Positions 16,566 through 27,354 are shown, counted from the stretch's first letter. The stretch: DNA of 46,927 bases from Candidatus Hydrogenedentota bacterium (GCA_045863295.1 BTWA01000044.1:1-46927); one strand, 5' to 3'. Notes: generated from the sequence alone by a model not told the origin. Numbers and translations are program-made.

Positions 16566-19500
16566 ATGCGCCGTTATCTTTCCTTTATTTTCCTCTTTGC
16601 GTTTTCCATCCCAGTGTATGCAAATGGCATGGATCCTACCCAATTCGCGAGCCCGCCGGACGAAGATCGGCCATGGGTATACTGGTTTTGGAAAAACGGA
16701 AACATAACACGCGAAGGCATTACGGCTGATTTGGAGTCCATGGAACGCGTGGGAATCGGCGGGCTAATTCTCATGGAGGTGTCGCTCAGTGTTCCTTCAG
16801 GCCCTGTAACTTTCTTCAGCGACACGTGGCGGGGTTTATTCAAGCACGCGGTGGAAGAAGCGCACCGACTGGGGATTTCGATTAGCATGAACAGCGCGCC
16901 GGGTTGGACCGGCAGCGGCGGACCGTGGGTGACTCCTGAACAATCCATGCAAAAGGTTGTGTTTGGCGAGGTGCAGACTGCCGGGCCGGCCCAATTCGAC
17001 GCGCCGTTGCCCCAGCCTGAGGCATTTGAAGGTTTCTACAAAGACATTGCCGTACTCGCTTTTCCCACCGTGTCAGGTGTCGCACGAATTGGTGATATTG
17101 ATGAAAAGGCGTTCTACCGAAGAGGTGCATTTTCATCTCAACCCGCTGTTCGTGCCTCACTGCCGTCCCCGGCGGAATATGAAGAGGCTCCAAGCGACTC
17201 CGTTGTGCCACTGGATGCGATCCTCGACATTACATCTCAGATGAGCAGTGATGGACGACTGCTATGGGAAGTGCCAGCGGGCAACTGGACCATTCTTCGA
17301 ATTGGGCATACGAGTACGGGACAAACCAACCGCCCGGCTCCACTTCCCGGGCTGGAATGCGACAAACTGGACCGTGTGGCGCTTGAGGACCACTTCGACC
17401 ATTTCATTGATATATTGCTTGCCGAAATCGGGCCGGACGCGAGAGAAGCGCTGGTAGCCGTGCATCTGGATAGTTGGGAGGTCGGCGCGCAGAACTGGAG
17501 CCGGCATTTCAGGGAGTCATTTCAGGAACGCCGCGGCTACGATCTATTGCCCTATCTACCGGTCCTGACTGGCCGCATTGTGGCGACTGTCGAGATCTCG
17601 GAGCGCTTCCTATGGGACCTCCGCCAGACCATATCTGACCTCATCGTGTCGAATCATGGGCTTCATTTGCGGGAACTGGCGCACGAGCGTGGCCTTTGGT
17701 TTTCCGTCGAGCCGTATGACATGACTCCGTGCGCTGATTTGAATCTGGGAGCGACAGGCGACGTCGCAATGTGCGAGTTCTGGAGCAAAGGATTCGATAC
17801 GAGGTACAGCGTGACCGAGGCGACATCAGTCGCTCATGTGTACAATAAGCCCATCGTAGCTGCCGAAGCATTCACTTCGATTGATCGTTGGCTTTTGCAT
17901 CCTGGCTCAATCAAGGCACAAGGTGACTGGGCATTTTGCTCCGGAGTGAACCGGCTGGTAATCCACCGCTATGTGCATCAGCCTTACTCGAGCGCTCGCC
18001 CCGGATTGAGCCTCGGACCTCACGGACTACATTATGAACGCACGCAGACGTGGTGGGAGTACACGCGCCCGTGGCACGACTATCTTGCGCGATGTCAACA
18101 TATGTTGCGGCTAGGCCGGCATGTTTCCGACATACTGTACCTGAATCCCGAGGGAGCGCCGAATGTATTCTTAAGTCCCGACCCCGCCCCGTTGGGATAC
18201 AAGTTCGATGCGTGTTCTCCCGAGGCACTGTTGACACTCGCCAAGGCGGAAGACAGTCAGATTGTATTCCCTGGTGGAATGCGTTATCGGATGCTTGTTC
18301 TGCCTCACACTGACACGATGACTCCTGAACTGCTTGCAAGGATTTGCGATTTTGCCGATGCGGGAGTGCCCATACTTGGGTCGCCTCCGATCAAATCACC
18401 CAGTCTTTCCGGTTATCCTGCATGTGATGCACAGGTGGAGGAACTTGCGAGCCAATTGTGGCCAGACTTGGCGACACAGGGCAATCAGCGGGTTCGAAAT
18501 GTCACATTCGCCGAAGGCAAGTCGCAGACTTCACCCCGATATGAAAAGCGTGACGCCCTGGGGCAATCGCAGTGGATTTGGTATCCGGAGGCCGACGTAA
18601 CGCTGCCTGCTCCACCGGGAAAAAGATACTTTCGGCGCGAATTTGCCTTGCCTGAGAATTCCACCCTCCGCAGTGCACAAGTGGTAATGACCGCGGACAA
18701 TTCATTTGTCTTATATGTGAATGGAATGGAAGCGGCATCGGGCGACAATCTAAATGAAATCTATTCAATCGACGTGGCGCCATTTGTTCTTCCGGGTAGT
18801 AATATTCTCGCCGTACTTGCGGAGAACAAGGGAAACCAGCCCAATGCGGCGGGGGTCGTATGTGCATTTGATGCTTTGTTTGAAGATGGGCAATCCATTC
18901 GGATTAACACGGATGAAACTTGGTCCACTTCCGCGGACGCTCACCCGTTATGGACGCAGAAAGCGGATCAGGCCGACTGGCTTTCGGCACGCAGCCTTGG
19001 GACTTTTGGCATCGCACCATGGGAAGATGTCGGAAAGACGGCAGCTCGGGTCGATCCCTATCCCGATTCCCGGATCGTGGAAGAAACACTACAGGGATTG
19101 TCTATTCCATGCGACTTTGATTCGACACATCGCCTGGAGTACGTACACCGGCAATTCGAATCTGACGACATCTACTTTATCAGCAACCCGACTCCGAATC
19201 CTGTCAGTGCAGAATGCCGCTTTCGAGTGTCCGCCCATTCGGCAGCGCTTTGGCATCCGGAAAGCGGAAAGATACGGGACCTGACTCCGTACTTGGGCCG
19301 CAAAGTCGGAATGACGGTCCTGGAATTGCATTTTGAAGCCACTGAAAGCTACTTCGTTGTGTTCAAGAGAACTGCGGAGAGCTCTGAAAAACCCTTCGAG
19401 ACGCCAACGCGCGGCACGGCTTTTCCTGCGTTCAGAACTGTCAGCCAGATTTCGGGGCCATGGGATGTATTCTTCGAAACGGGCGACGGGAAGACCGGGT

Positions 19501-20000
19501 TCTCCACAAGGTTGGAGGAATTGACCGACTGGTCATCGGGAACTGAGAGTGACATTAAGTACTTCTCCGGTTCGGCTGTCTATACGAAGGATTTCCCAAT
19601 TCCCGATCACCTGGCAGTTCCGGATCGATCGTTGTTTCTCGACCTTGGACGTGTCGAGATACTTGCGTCGGTGTCTGTTAACGGTGAAGAGATGGGAATC
19701 GCATGGAAGACGCCATTCCGTGTAGACATCACACGTGGGGTGAAACCGGGGATGAATCGACTCGAGGTTCGTGTGGCCAACTTATGGCCCAATCGCATGA
19801 TCGGCGATGCATTATTGCCTTCGGATAGCGAACGCCATGCAAACGGCACGCTTAAAGAATGGCCCACGTGGGTTTTGGAAGGCAAGACGAGTCCAACCGG
19901 CAGACATTCGTTTGCGACTTGGCAGCATTGGACTGCCGAAGATGCTTTGTTGCCTTCCGGTTTGCTCGGCCCGGTGACACTACTCGTTCAGGAACCGTAA
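16566..20000 (+). CDS. Glycoside hydrolase family 106 (alpha-L-rhamnosidase-like)
   Basis: Signal peptide, RPWVYWFWKNGNIT.EGITADLE, GWTGSGGPW, DSWEVG, CEFW, AAEAFT, and C-terminal LDLG.V / NLWPNR / LPSGLLGPV. Confidence 0.88.
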   Translation: MRRYLSFIFLFAFSIPVYANGMDPTQFASPPDEDRPWVYWFWKNGNITREGITADLESMERVGIGGLILMEVSLSVPSGPVTFFSDTWRGLFKHAVEEAHRLGISISMNSAPGWTGSGGPWVTPEQSMQKVVFGEVQTAGPAQFDAPLPQPEAFEGFYKDIAVLAFPTVSGVARIGDIDEKAFYRRGAFSSQPAVRASLPSPAEYEEAPSDSVVPLDAILDITSQMSSDGRLLWEVPAGNWTILRIGHTSTGQTNRPAPLPGLECDKLDRVALEDHFDHFIDILLAEIGPDAREALVAVHLDSWEVGAQNWSRHFRESFQERRGYDLLPYLPVLTGRIVATVEISERFLWDLRQTISDLIVSNHGLHLRELAHERGLWFSVEPYDMTPCADLNLGATGDVAMCEFWSKGFDTRYSVTEATSVAHVYNKPIVAAEAFTSIDRWLLHPGSIKAQGDWAFCSGVNRLVIHRYVHQPYSSARPGLSLGPHGLHYERTQTWWEYTRPWHDYLARCQHMLRLGRHVSDILYLNPEGAPNVFLSPDPAPLGYKFDACSPEALLTLAKAEDSQIVFPGGMRYRMLVLPHTDTMTPELLARICDFADAGVPILGSPPIKSPSLSGYPACDAQVEELASQLWPDLATQGNQRVRNVTFAEGKSQTSPRYEKRDALGQSQWIWYPEADVTLPAPPGKRYFRREFALPENSTLRSAQVVMTADNSFVLYVNGMEAASGDNLNEIYSIDVAPFVLPGSNILAVLAENKGNQPNAAGVVCAFDALFEDGQSIRINTDETWSTSADAHPLWTQKADQADWLSARSLGTFGIAPWEDVGKTAARVDPYPDSRIVEETLQGLSIPCDFDSTHRLEYVHRQFESDDIYFISNPTPNPVSAECRFRVSAHSAALWHPESGKIRDLTPYLGRKVGMTVLELHFEATESYFVVFKRTAESSEKPFETPTRGTAFPAFRTVSQISGPWDVFFETGDGKTGFSTRLEELTDWSSGTESDIKYFSGSAVYTKDFPIPDHLAVPDRSLFLDLGRVEILASVSVNGEEMGIAWKTPFRVDITRGVKPGMNRLEVRVANLWPNRMIGDALLPSDSERHANGTLKEWPTWVLEGKTSPTGRHSFATWQHWTAEDALLPSGLLGPVTLLVQEP

Positions 20001-20035
20001 CTTGACGGTGCTTTGTATGCCGACTTGAGGTGCGT

Positions 20036-23000
20036 ATGAGAATAGCGATACTGGCGCTTCTTCTTTCGTGTATGGCATGGCCCCAAATGGTGCCTATACC
20101 CAATTCTTCCTTTGAAGAAGGCGATGACACTCCTTTGCGCTGGACGCTTTCAGGCGGTGCAGGCGCGGTGCAGGAGATTCCCGAGGCTTCCGGCACACGC
20201 GCTATTGTCTTGACCGGAACCGGTAGCGACAGCAACTACTGGCAATCGGACACGCTTCCATTTGAAGGATCGGCGGTGTACCGGCTTCGATTTCGAGGTC
20301 GTCGCCTTGATGCCACCGGTGGCGTAGGCATGAGCGGGCCGGTGTTCTGCAATCGAGATCTGGGTAGTCTACGTCCGGACGCTTGGAAGGACTACACGTC
20401 GTTTTTCATGACGCCGGAGGTGGTCACACCCAGCAATGGCTGGTTGCGATTCGGGCAGTGGAATGCCTTGGGAACAATTGCCTTTGACGACGTGGAGATT
20501 TTACGTGCGGTGCCGATTCACAGCCGGGAACAAGGCGTTGAATTGGGCGACGGCGAGCGAATCGCGGGCAGCAAATACCTGTACATCTCACCGCTATCGT
20601 CCACGATCAGTAATTACAGCCGCCCTGTCGCCCGTCATGCTTGCGGCTTTAACACGAACCGTTGGGTGTTTTCGGGCGAATCCCACTTGGTGTATCACCA
20701 TACCCTCTCCGGGCGCGGGCAAACAGAATCCTCCATCAGTGTTTCCATTATAAACCGATCCAGCGGGCGCCTTTCCGTGTCTGTCTCCAGAAACGGAGTT
20801 GACTGGCAGGTCATAGGCGAGCGATCCGAGAATGGACGATTTACGACGGGTGTGCCCGGCAATCTGTTGCCGGCACCATCGCTGTGGGTAATGTTGCAGG
20901 CCGCGCCAAACGAACCGGGTGGGCCGTGCGAACTTCACGTAGATTCGTATGAATATGCTGCGACAATCGATGGAGCGCCACTGCAGGCACGTGGCAGCAC
21001 TCGATTTCTTGTGGTCCGCCAAGTTGACCCTGGCTTTCAAGTGACCGCGGATTCTGTCGGCGAGGCTGCACCGGATTCAGGGTTGGCGTTCACAGGATCC
21101 GCCGTCACTGCCGATGGGAAGCCAATACAGGTTCCGTTTGCGATTTCCGCCAAGCGTGGCGACGTGGAGACGACCCTGGAGTCGGGACACGTCATGCTGA
21201 ATTCCGACGGCGGCCGAATATTTCTTCCGTATTCGTTGCCTGGGTATGGTCCTGCCGATCTCCGATTAACGTTTGGGAATTCGCCTGGATATGTGGCTGA
21301 ATGGACGATTTCCATGCCCATTCTCTATTCGGCTGAGTATGGCGAGTTGCTGCCCGAGTCAAACGGCTTGGTGGGTTTGTGGTGGGCGTCTTCCGGTTGG
21401 AAAGTGAGCCAGACGCGTCCGTTGCCAACACGGGCCGGCGACGCCGCGACACTACGCGCTGCTAGCAACGAAACGGAAGCCTTGCAAATAGTTTTACGTC
21501 CGTCCATCGACCTCACTGGGTTAACAGCCTTGCCGAACGATCTGAGGGCGGACGATGGCGCCGTTCTCCCTGCCGAAAATATCGGCGTGTTGCGCGTCCG
21601 GTATGTGCACGTATCCAGGCCAACGGACATGACCGGAGCCCCTGGGCTCTGGCCTGATCCGTTGCCACCCTTTCATGCCCCCATCTCGATTCCGGCCAAT
21701 ACCAATCAGCCGCTGTGGGTACGTGTACGTGTTCCCAAAGGCACCACCGCGGGCACCTATGTGGGCAGCATAGGATTGTCGGCCGATGGCTATCGTGCCG
21801 AGGTGCCCCTTCGTGTCGTGGTGAGTGGTTTCGAACTCCCTGATCGAATGACCTGTGTCAGCGCATTCGGATTTTCTCCGGGCGAAGTTTTCCGGTATCA
21901 GAAACTAACCGAGCCCGCGCATCAGCGAATCGTCATTGATCACTATCTCACAAACTTTTCGGAACATCACATATCGCCATACAACCCCGCACCGCTTGAC
22001 TCGTTTACAGTGCAGTGGCCATCGACAGACGATCCGACGAAGCTCATTCCGACCATTGATTGGAGCGACTGGGACAAGGCCATGGCAAGGGCCATCGACA
22101 CTTATCATTTCAACAGTTTTCAATTGCCGTCACCCGGCATGGGCGGAGGCACATTTCATTCACGTGTGGAACCGGAACTATTGGGTTTCAAGGAAGGCCA
22201 TCCGGCCTATCAGGCGGCGTTTAAGCATTATTACCGGGCGGTCCAAGAGCATTTACGAGAACGAGGTTGGCTTGATGAAGCCTACGTGTACTGGTTCGAT
22301 GAGCCTGACCCCAAAGACTACGATTTTGTGATGAACGGATTTCGCAAATTGCGGGATGCGGCACCGGACATTACCCGCATGTTGACTGAACAGGTTGAGA
22401 GTGGACTCGTGGGCGGACCAAACCTGTGGTGTCCCATCAGCAACGATTACAACCATGAAGCGGCCGAACTCCGGCGCGCATCCGGCGAGAAGTTCTGGTG
22501 GTATGTATGCACGGGACCCAAGGCGCCATACGCCACGGAGTTCATCGATCACCCGGCGACGGAACTCCGCGTGTGGCTCTGGCAGACCTGGCAACGCAAA
22601 ATCGACGGCATACTCATTTGGGCGACCAACTATTGGACCAGTGAGGAGGCCTATCCGGACTTTCCACAAAACCCGTATGAGGATCCGATGTCCTGGCAGA
22701 CGAGTTATGGCATACCCAAGGGCACAATGGCGCCGTGGGGCAATGGCGACGGTCGTTTTCTCTATCCTCCTGAAAGCGCAGCCACCGGGCGTCAGGAATC
22801 CGCCGTTCTCGAAGGACCTGTGGATAGCATCCGCTGGGAGATGCTGCGAGATGGTATCGAAGACTATGAGTATATGTTCATTCTGAGCCGGCTTATTCAG
22901 GAGCAAACAGGGTCGGCCGACTCCAATCTGATAGCGGCGTGTGAGCGTCTTCTCGTGGTTCCGGAGAGCATTACTTCGGGGATGACAGCCTTTACCGCAG

Positions 23001-23080
23001 AGCCAGAACCCATAGAGGTGCATCGGCAGAAGGTTGCCGAGGCGATCGAAACCCTTTTGGAGGTTCCAGGTAACGAGTAG
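20036..23080 (+). CDS. Secreted GH123-like / DUF4091 domain protein with N-terminal CBM-like domain
   Basis: Signal peptide, NSSFEEG CBM4/9-like start, WPDPL, NQPLWV, FDEP, WWYVC, GNGDGRFLYP, SIRWEMLRDGIEDYEY. Confidence 0.8.
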   Translation: MRIAILALLLSCMAWPQMVPIPNSSFEEGDDTPLRWTLSGGAGAVQEIPEASGTRAIVLTGTGSDSNYWQSDTLPFEGSAVYRLRFRGRRLDATGGVGMSGPVFCNRDLGSLRPDAWKDYTSFFMTPEVVTPSNGWLRFGQWNALGTIAFDDVEILRAVPIHSREQGVELGDGERIAGSKYLYISPLSSTISNYSRPVARHACGFNTNRWVFSGESHLVYHHTLSGRGQTESSISVSIINRSSGRLSVSVSRNGVDWQVIGERSENGRFTTGVPGNLLPAPSLWVMLQAAPNEPGGPCELHVDSYEYAATIDGAPLQARGSTRFLVVRQVDPGFQVTADSVGEAAPDSGLAFTGSAVTADGKPIQVPFAISAKRGDVETTLESGHVMLNSDGGRIFLPYSLPGYGPADLRLTFGNSPGYVAEWTISMPILYSAEYGELLPESNGLVGLWWASSGWKVSQTRPLPTRAGDAATLRAASNETEALQIVLRPSIDLTGLTALPNDLRADDGAVLPAENIGVLRVRYVHVSRPTDMTGAPGLWPDPLPPFHAPISIPANTNQPLWVRVRVPKGTTAGTYVGSIGLSADGYRAEVPLRVVVSGFELPDRMTCVSAFGFSPGEVFRYQKLTEPAHQRIVIDHYLTNFSEHHISPYNPAPLDSFTVQWPSTDDPTKLIPTIDWSDWDKAMARAIDTYHFNSFQLPSPGMGGGTFHSRVEPELLGFKEGHPAYQAAFKHYYRAVQEHLRERGWLDEAYVYWFDEPDPKDYDFVMNGFRKLRDAAPDITRMLTEQVESGLVGGPNLWCPISNDYNHEAAELRRASGEKFWWYVCTGPKAPYATEFIDHPATELRVWLWQTWQRKIDGILIWATNYWTSEEAYPDFPQNPYEDPMSWQTSYGIPKGTMAPWGNGDGRFLYPPESAATGRQESAVLEGPVDSIRWEMLRDGIEDYEYMFILSRLIQEQTGSADSNLIAACERLLVVPESITSGMTAFTAEPEPIEVHRQKVAEAIETLLEVPGNE

Positions 23081-23141
23081 CAGCCATGGCAGCCGCTGGG
23101 TCGAATGCATATCCGCTGGCCATTTTATGCTAGAATGCGGT

Positions 23142-23330
23142 ATGAATACTCACGAAAACGAATCCGAAAGCTCACGACGACGACGAAGCAGCATTGAGGA
23201 AGAGCAGTCGCTCTGCAATGAAGCGCTTGAATCGGGCGACCTGGATGAACTTTCCGATGCCGCGTGGATAGCGCTTTGCGAAAAGGCCGCGGCGAAGAGC
23301 CGCAAGGCTGCGCCGGTTTCTGGCGAGTAG
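23142..23330 (+). CDS. Small hypothetical protein (62 aa), possibly leaderless
   Basis: Fills the gap between co-oriented genes. TGCTAGAAT extended -10 at 23128-23136 sits just upstream of the ATG. Confidence 0.35.
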   Translation: MNTHENESESSRRRRSSIEEEQSLCNEALESGDLDELSDAAWIALCEKAAAKSRKAAPVSGE

Positions 23331-23461
23331 TCCGGGGACCTGACATGTCCTTTTTGCAGGGGCTTTTACTGCGCTGGCGCGGAGGGCGATTCGTCTAGTG
23401 CCGAATCCGGGCTGGACACCAGGACGAGCATTGTATCCAACGCGCTGGGGAGGCGCGAGCG

Positions 23462-24304
23462 TTGACTAAACCAGGTTCGGGATCAGACGGCGTTGGCACG
23501 AAGAATATGGCCTTGTTCTGCGATTTCGAGAATATTGCCTTGGGCGTGCGCGATGCCGACTTTGCGAAATTTGACATCGCGGTGGTGCTGGAACGGCTGT
23601 TGTTGAAGGGCAAGATAGCGGTCAAGAAGGCGTATTGCGACTGGGCGCGCTACAAAGATTTCAAATCGGCGATGCACGAGGCGGCCTTTGAATTGATTGA
23701 AATACCGCATGTGCGTCAGTCCGGGAAGAATTCGGCCGATATCCGCATGGTGGTGGACGCGCTCGATCTCTGTTACACGAAAGAACATGTGGACACATTT
23801 GTGATCATTAGCGGTGATTCTGATTTTTCACCGCTTGTAAGCAAGCTTCGAGAGAACAACAAGACCGTCGTGGGGGTTGGAGTCAAGAATTCGACCTCCG
23901 AATTGCTCATTGCGAATTGCGACGAGTTTATCCTCTACGATGACTTGGTCCGCCCGAAGACTCCGCAGCGCAAATCGGCCACTCGCCCACCTGTCCGGGC
24001 TGTGCCGCGTACGGGCGCTACCTCGGTGGCATCTTCTCAGATACCGGACAAGAAGAAAGAGGCCTGGGGCCTGATCGTCAGTACGTACGAAGCGATCCTG
24101 GAGGAGCGGGGTGAAGAAGTACCCATCTGGGGATCGATGGTCAAGCAAACCTTGAAGCGCCGAAAACCGGGCTTTAGCGAAACCCATTATGGTTTTCGAT
24201 CATTCGGAGAACTGCTCGAAGAGGCCGAGGCGCAGGGCATCCTCAAACTGGAGCGCGACAAGCGATCGGGTGGATTTATCATCACCTTGCCGGCTCAGTC
24301 CTAG
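23462..24304 (+). CDS. NYN (LabA/DUF88) domain protein with C-terminal OST-HTH/LOTUS domain
   Basis: ALFCDFENI, KKAYCDW, GKNSADIRMVVDALD, SGDSDFSPL, then PGFSETHYGFRSFGELLE. Start uncertain (ATG 23507 is an alternative). Confidence 0.9.
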   Translation: MTKPGSGSDGVGTKNMALFCDFENIALGVRDADFAKFDIAVVLERLLLKGKIAVKKAYCDWARYKDFKSAMHEAAFELIEIPHVRQSGKNSADIRMVVDALDLCYTKEHVDTFVIISGDSDFSPLVSKLRENNKTVVGVGVKNSTSELLIANCDEFILYDDLVRPKTPQRKSATRPPVRAVPRTGATSVASSQIPDKKKEAWGLIVSTYEAILEERGEEVPIWGSMVKQTLKRRKPGFSETHYGFRSFGELLEEAEAQGILKLERDKRSGGFIITLPAQS

Positions 24305-24314
24305 ACTACGCCTG

Positions 24315-25502
24315 CTAAACTTCTCTCAACGCGGACGCGATGGGCAGCCGTGCCGCGCGTATCGCAGGAAATAACCCACCCAACAGACCGATGGCAGCGG
24401 CCCAGAGTATCGCGCTGACGAGCAGTTGCGGGGTGACCGTGAATGCAAAGGCGACCTGGCTAAAGGTTTGAAAGTTGATGGTTGATGCTTTGTACCCGTC
24501 GAATGCGAGAAATGCCAACAGGGAGCCGGCAGCCCCCCCCACAACCGCCAGCAGGAAAGACTCGAGCAGCACGGATACAACGATCGGAATCGAGCCAAAT
24601 CCCAGCGCACGCAATGTGGCGATTTCGCGCGTGCGCGCGGCCACGGCGCTGTACATCGTGTTCAGCGCGCCGAACAATGCCCCCAAGGCCATTAACATAG
24701 TAATGCTCACGCCGATTCCGCTGATGAAACTGGTCAACATGCTGGACTGTTCCGCAAGAAACTCCGATTTCAGCAGGGTCTTGACTTTCAAGCGGGGATC
24801 CGCAGCGAGCGCTTCATTGAATTGAGGGAACGCATTGGGTGTTGTCAGTTTGACGTATACGGACTGATACCCATCGCCGCGATTGTAGGCTGGCTGCAGT
24901 ACCGCGGCATCGGTCCAGATTTCCGTCTCGGCCGAGCCGCCGCCTCCGCTGAAGATTCCCACGATGTCCCACTCCGTCTGACCAATTCGCACTTTCTTGC
25001 CGACTTCAAGTCCTGCGAATGAGCGTGCGGCGCCTACGCCTGCGATAATCTCATTTCGTCCGGGTTCAAACATTCTTCCTTCAGTGATCTGGATTCCATT
25101 CCGGACCGACATGACCGCCTGCTCGACACCGCGAAAAGGCACGTTTGCATCCGTACCTGTGGTGAGTTTTGGCAGGTTTATCATCACAAACAATTCCGAT
25201 GACACGAGTGGTCCGTCGGTACCCTGTGCAATCCCGGGGGCGTCGGATATCAGACGGGTTTCCTCGCGAGAGAGGCCACTGGTCATCTCGGAATCGGCTC
25301 CGCTTCGCAAGACGATGGCGACATCGTCGCCTTCGGGTACGGTCATGGCCGCGCGAAATCCTTCCGCGATGGATAAGACGCCGACAAATACGGCGACTAC
25401 GCCTGCGATACCCACGGCCGTGGTAAAGGCGGCACCTTTCCGATTGGGAAGTGTGCGAAGGCTAAACAGGGTAACGGCGGCGATCTGGGTGAGCCAATTC
25501 AT
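24315..25502 (-). CDS. MacB/FtsX-type ABC transporter permease
   Basis: TM1, periplasmic domain, then NTMYSAVAARTREIATLRALGF and GGLFPAIRAARLP. ATG 25502 overlaps the upstream TAA. Confidence 0.9.
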   Translation of the reverse strand: MNWLTQIAAVTLFSLRTLPNRKGAAFTTAVGIAGVVAVFVGVLSIAEGFRAAMTVPEGDDVAIVLRSGADSEMTSGLSREETRLISDAPGIAQGTDGPLVSSELFVMINLPKLTTGTDANVPFRGVEQAVMSVRNGIQITEGRMFEPGRNEIIAGVGAARSFAGLEVGKKVRIGQTEWDIVGIFSGGGGSAETEIWTDAAVLQPAYNRGDGYQSVYVKLTTPNAFPQFNEALAADPRLKVKTLLKSEFLAEQSSMLTSFISGIGVSITMLMALGALFGALNTMYSAVAARTREIATLRALGFGSIPIVVSVLLESFLLAVVGGAAGSLLAFLAFDGYKASTINFQTFSQVAFAFTVTPQLLVSAILWAAAIGLLGGLFPAIRAARLPIASALREV

Positions 25503-26659
25503 TACGCGTTTCTCCTCAGCGCAACCGCAATTTGGAGCCGCATCGCCTGGATGGCGGGGAAAATCCCGGCCACAATACCCAAAGCGAACACAATGGCAAT
25601 TCCTGTGAGCAAATTCTGAATGGGCAGGTAGAAGACTGGAAGCATAGCGGGTACCGGGCTGCCACCGGCGGTGATGAGCCATGCGGCGAGTAAACCCGTC
25701 AAGCCACCCACGGAGGCTATGAGGCACGATTCGGCCAGCACTAAAAACAATACGAGGCGGTTGGTAAATCCCATTGCCTTGAGCACTCCCAACTCTTCGG
25801 TGCGCTCACGCACAGCTTGCGCCATTGTGTTTCCGGCAACCAGCAAGATGGTGAAGAAAACAGCGCTCAACACGGCGATCAGTATAGTGCCCATATCGCC
25901 TATTTGCTGGGCGAATCCCTGCATAAATGCGCCTTCCGGTTCCGACTTGGTTTCGTAAGGCGAGTTTGCAAACTCGGCGTCGATAGCCGCGGCAACTTCG
26001 GATGCCTGTTCGGGATTAGCAACCCGAACCGCATACCACCCGATTTGTCCTTTTTGATCGATGCGTCCTTCGTCAAAGTAGTCGTACCGAAAGAAGAATC
26101 CGGAAGTATCCGTGGCTTTGTCGGCACCGTCGTAGATCCCGACGATATCGAACTCCCACGCCTCCTCCCCGTCGCGCATCCAAATGGGGGAAGTGATGGG
26201 GATGCGGTCACCGAGTTTCCAGTTGAACCGTTCTGCCAGCGTCCGGCCGACAACGGCACCTGTACGTGTTTTCAACCATGCTTGCTTCTGGTCGTCGGGC
26301 AGGAGGTATTCCGGATACATATCCAGAAAGGGTTCGGGAATAGTAGGCATCGTGGCAAAGAAGTTCTTGGGCTCGTTCTGGTAGATGCCGTTGAACCAGG
26401 TCATATGCACGGCGGAGGTAACGCCAGGCACGCGTTCGATGCGCGCGAGGTAGGCTTCCGGCAAGGTCATAATGAGCGATACTTTGTGGCGCACAATGAG
26501 TCTGTCAGCATCGGCCATGGATACGCCTGATGTGAATGCTTCCTTGATGGTGCACAACAAGCCGAACAACAGGAAGGCCACAAATATTGAAAGCAGCGTG
26601 AGTGTGGTTCGCAACTTTTTTCTTTTGAGATTACTGGCAACGAGTGCGAGGAACTTCAT
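25502..26659 (-). CDS. MacB/FtsX-type ABC transporter permease
   Basis: NLKRKKLRTTLT, NTMAQAVRERTEELGVLKAMGF, AGIFPA. Confidence 0.92.
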   Translation of the reverse strand: MKFLALVASNLKRKKLRTTLTLLSIFVAFLLFGLLCTIKEAFTSGVSMADADRLIVRHKVSLIMTLPEAYLARIERVPGVTSAVHMTWFNGIYQNEPKNFFATMPTIPEPFLDMYPEYLLPDDQKQAWLKTRTGAVVGRTLAERFNWKLGDRIPITSPIWMRDGEEAWEFDIVGIYDGADKATDTSGFFFRYDYFDEGRIDQKGQIGWYAVRVANPEQASEVAAAIDAEFANSPYETKSEPEGAFMQGFAQQIGDMGTILIAVLSAVFFTILLVAGNTMAQAVRERTEELGVLKAMGFTNRLVLFLVLAESCLIASVGGLTGLLAAWLITAGGSPVPAMLPVFYLPIQNLLTGIAIVFALGIVAGIFPAIQAMRLQIAVALRRNA

Positions 26660-27354
26660 TCCGGTTTCTCCGTCATGAGTTGTCCCTTCTCAAGATACAC
26701 CGTGCGTGTTGCGCGTGCCGATGCATGCGGATCGTGGGTGACCATGATGATGGTTTTGCCGTGCTCTCGATTGAGGGCCTGCAACAGGCTGAGGATTTCG
26801 TCGCCCGATTTCCGGTCGAGGTCGCCCGTGGGTTCGTCGCACAACAGGAGTGTGGGGTCGGTGGCAATGGCTCTTGCGATGCCAACACGTTGTTGCTCAC
26901 CACCGGACATGGTGCGTGGATAATGCCCGGCGCGATGGGACAGGCCCACCACTTTCAGCGCGATTTCGACGTGTTTTTTCCGTTCGGATTTGGAGAGATG
27001 TGTCAGCAAGAGCGGCAACTCGACGTTTCGGGCGGCTGTGAGCATGGGCATCAGATTGTAGAATTGGAATACAAATCCCACATGCCGAGCGCGCCAAGCG
27101 GCGAGTTGACGGCCCGACATGCGATCGATTTGGTCATCGCCGATGCGAACCGAACCGGAGGTGGCATTGTCGAGTCCGCCGATCAGGTTCAACAAGGTTG
27201 TCTTGCCGGAACCCGAAGGACCCATCAGCGCCACGAATTCTCCTTTGTCGACGACGAAATTCATTCCAGACAGCACATGGATCTCTTCCGAACCGCGCCG
27301 GAACGATTTTTCGACATTCTCTACTTTTACCAGCGCTTCTCCGTTGGTGCTCAC
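26656..27354 (-). CDS. ABC transporter ATP-binding protein (LolD/MacB-like)
   Basis: Walker A GPSGSGKTT, GFVFQFYNL, signature MSGGEQQR, Walker B LLCDEPTGDLD, VTHD. Confidence 0.95.
   Translation of the reverse strand: MSTNGEALVKVENVEKSFRRGSEEIHVLSGMNFVVDKGEFVALMGPSGSGKTTLLNLIGGLDNATSGSVRIGDDQIDRMSGRQLAAWRARHVGFVFQFYNLMPMLTAARNVELPLLLTHLSKSERKKHVEIALKVVGLSHRAGHYPRTMSGGEQQRVGIARAIATDPTLLLCDEPTGDLDRKSGDEILSLLQALNREHGKTIIMVTHDPHASARATRTVYLEKGQLMTEKPE

Noticed and set aside
23462..24304. NYN domain gene as part of an anti-phage defence island
   Set aside because: LabA/DUF88 plus OST-HTH is a common stand-alone architecture, and no defence genes are adjacent.
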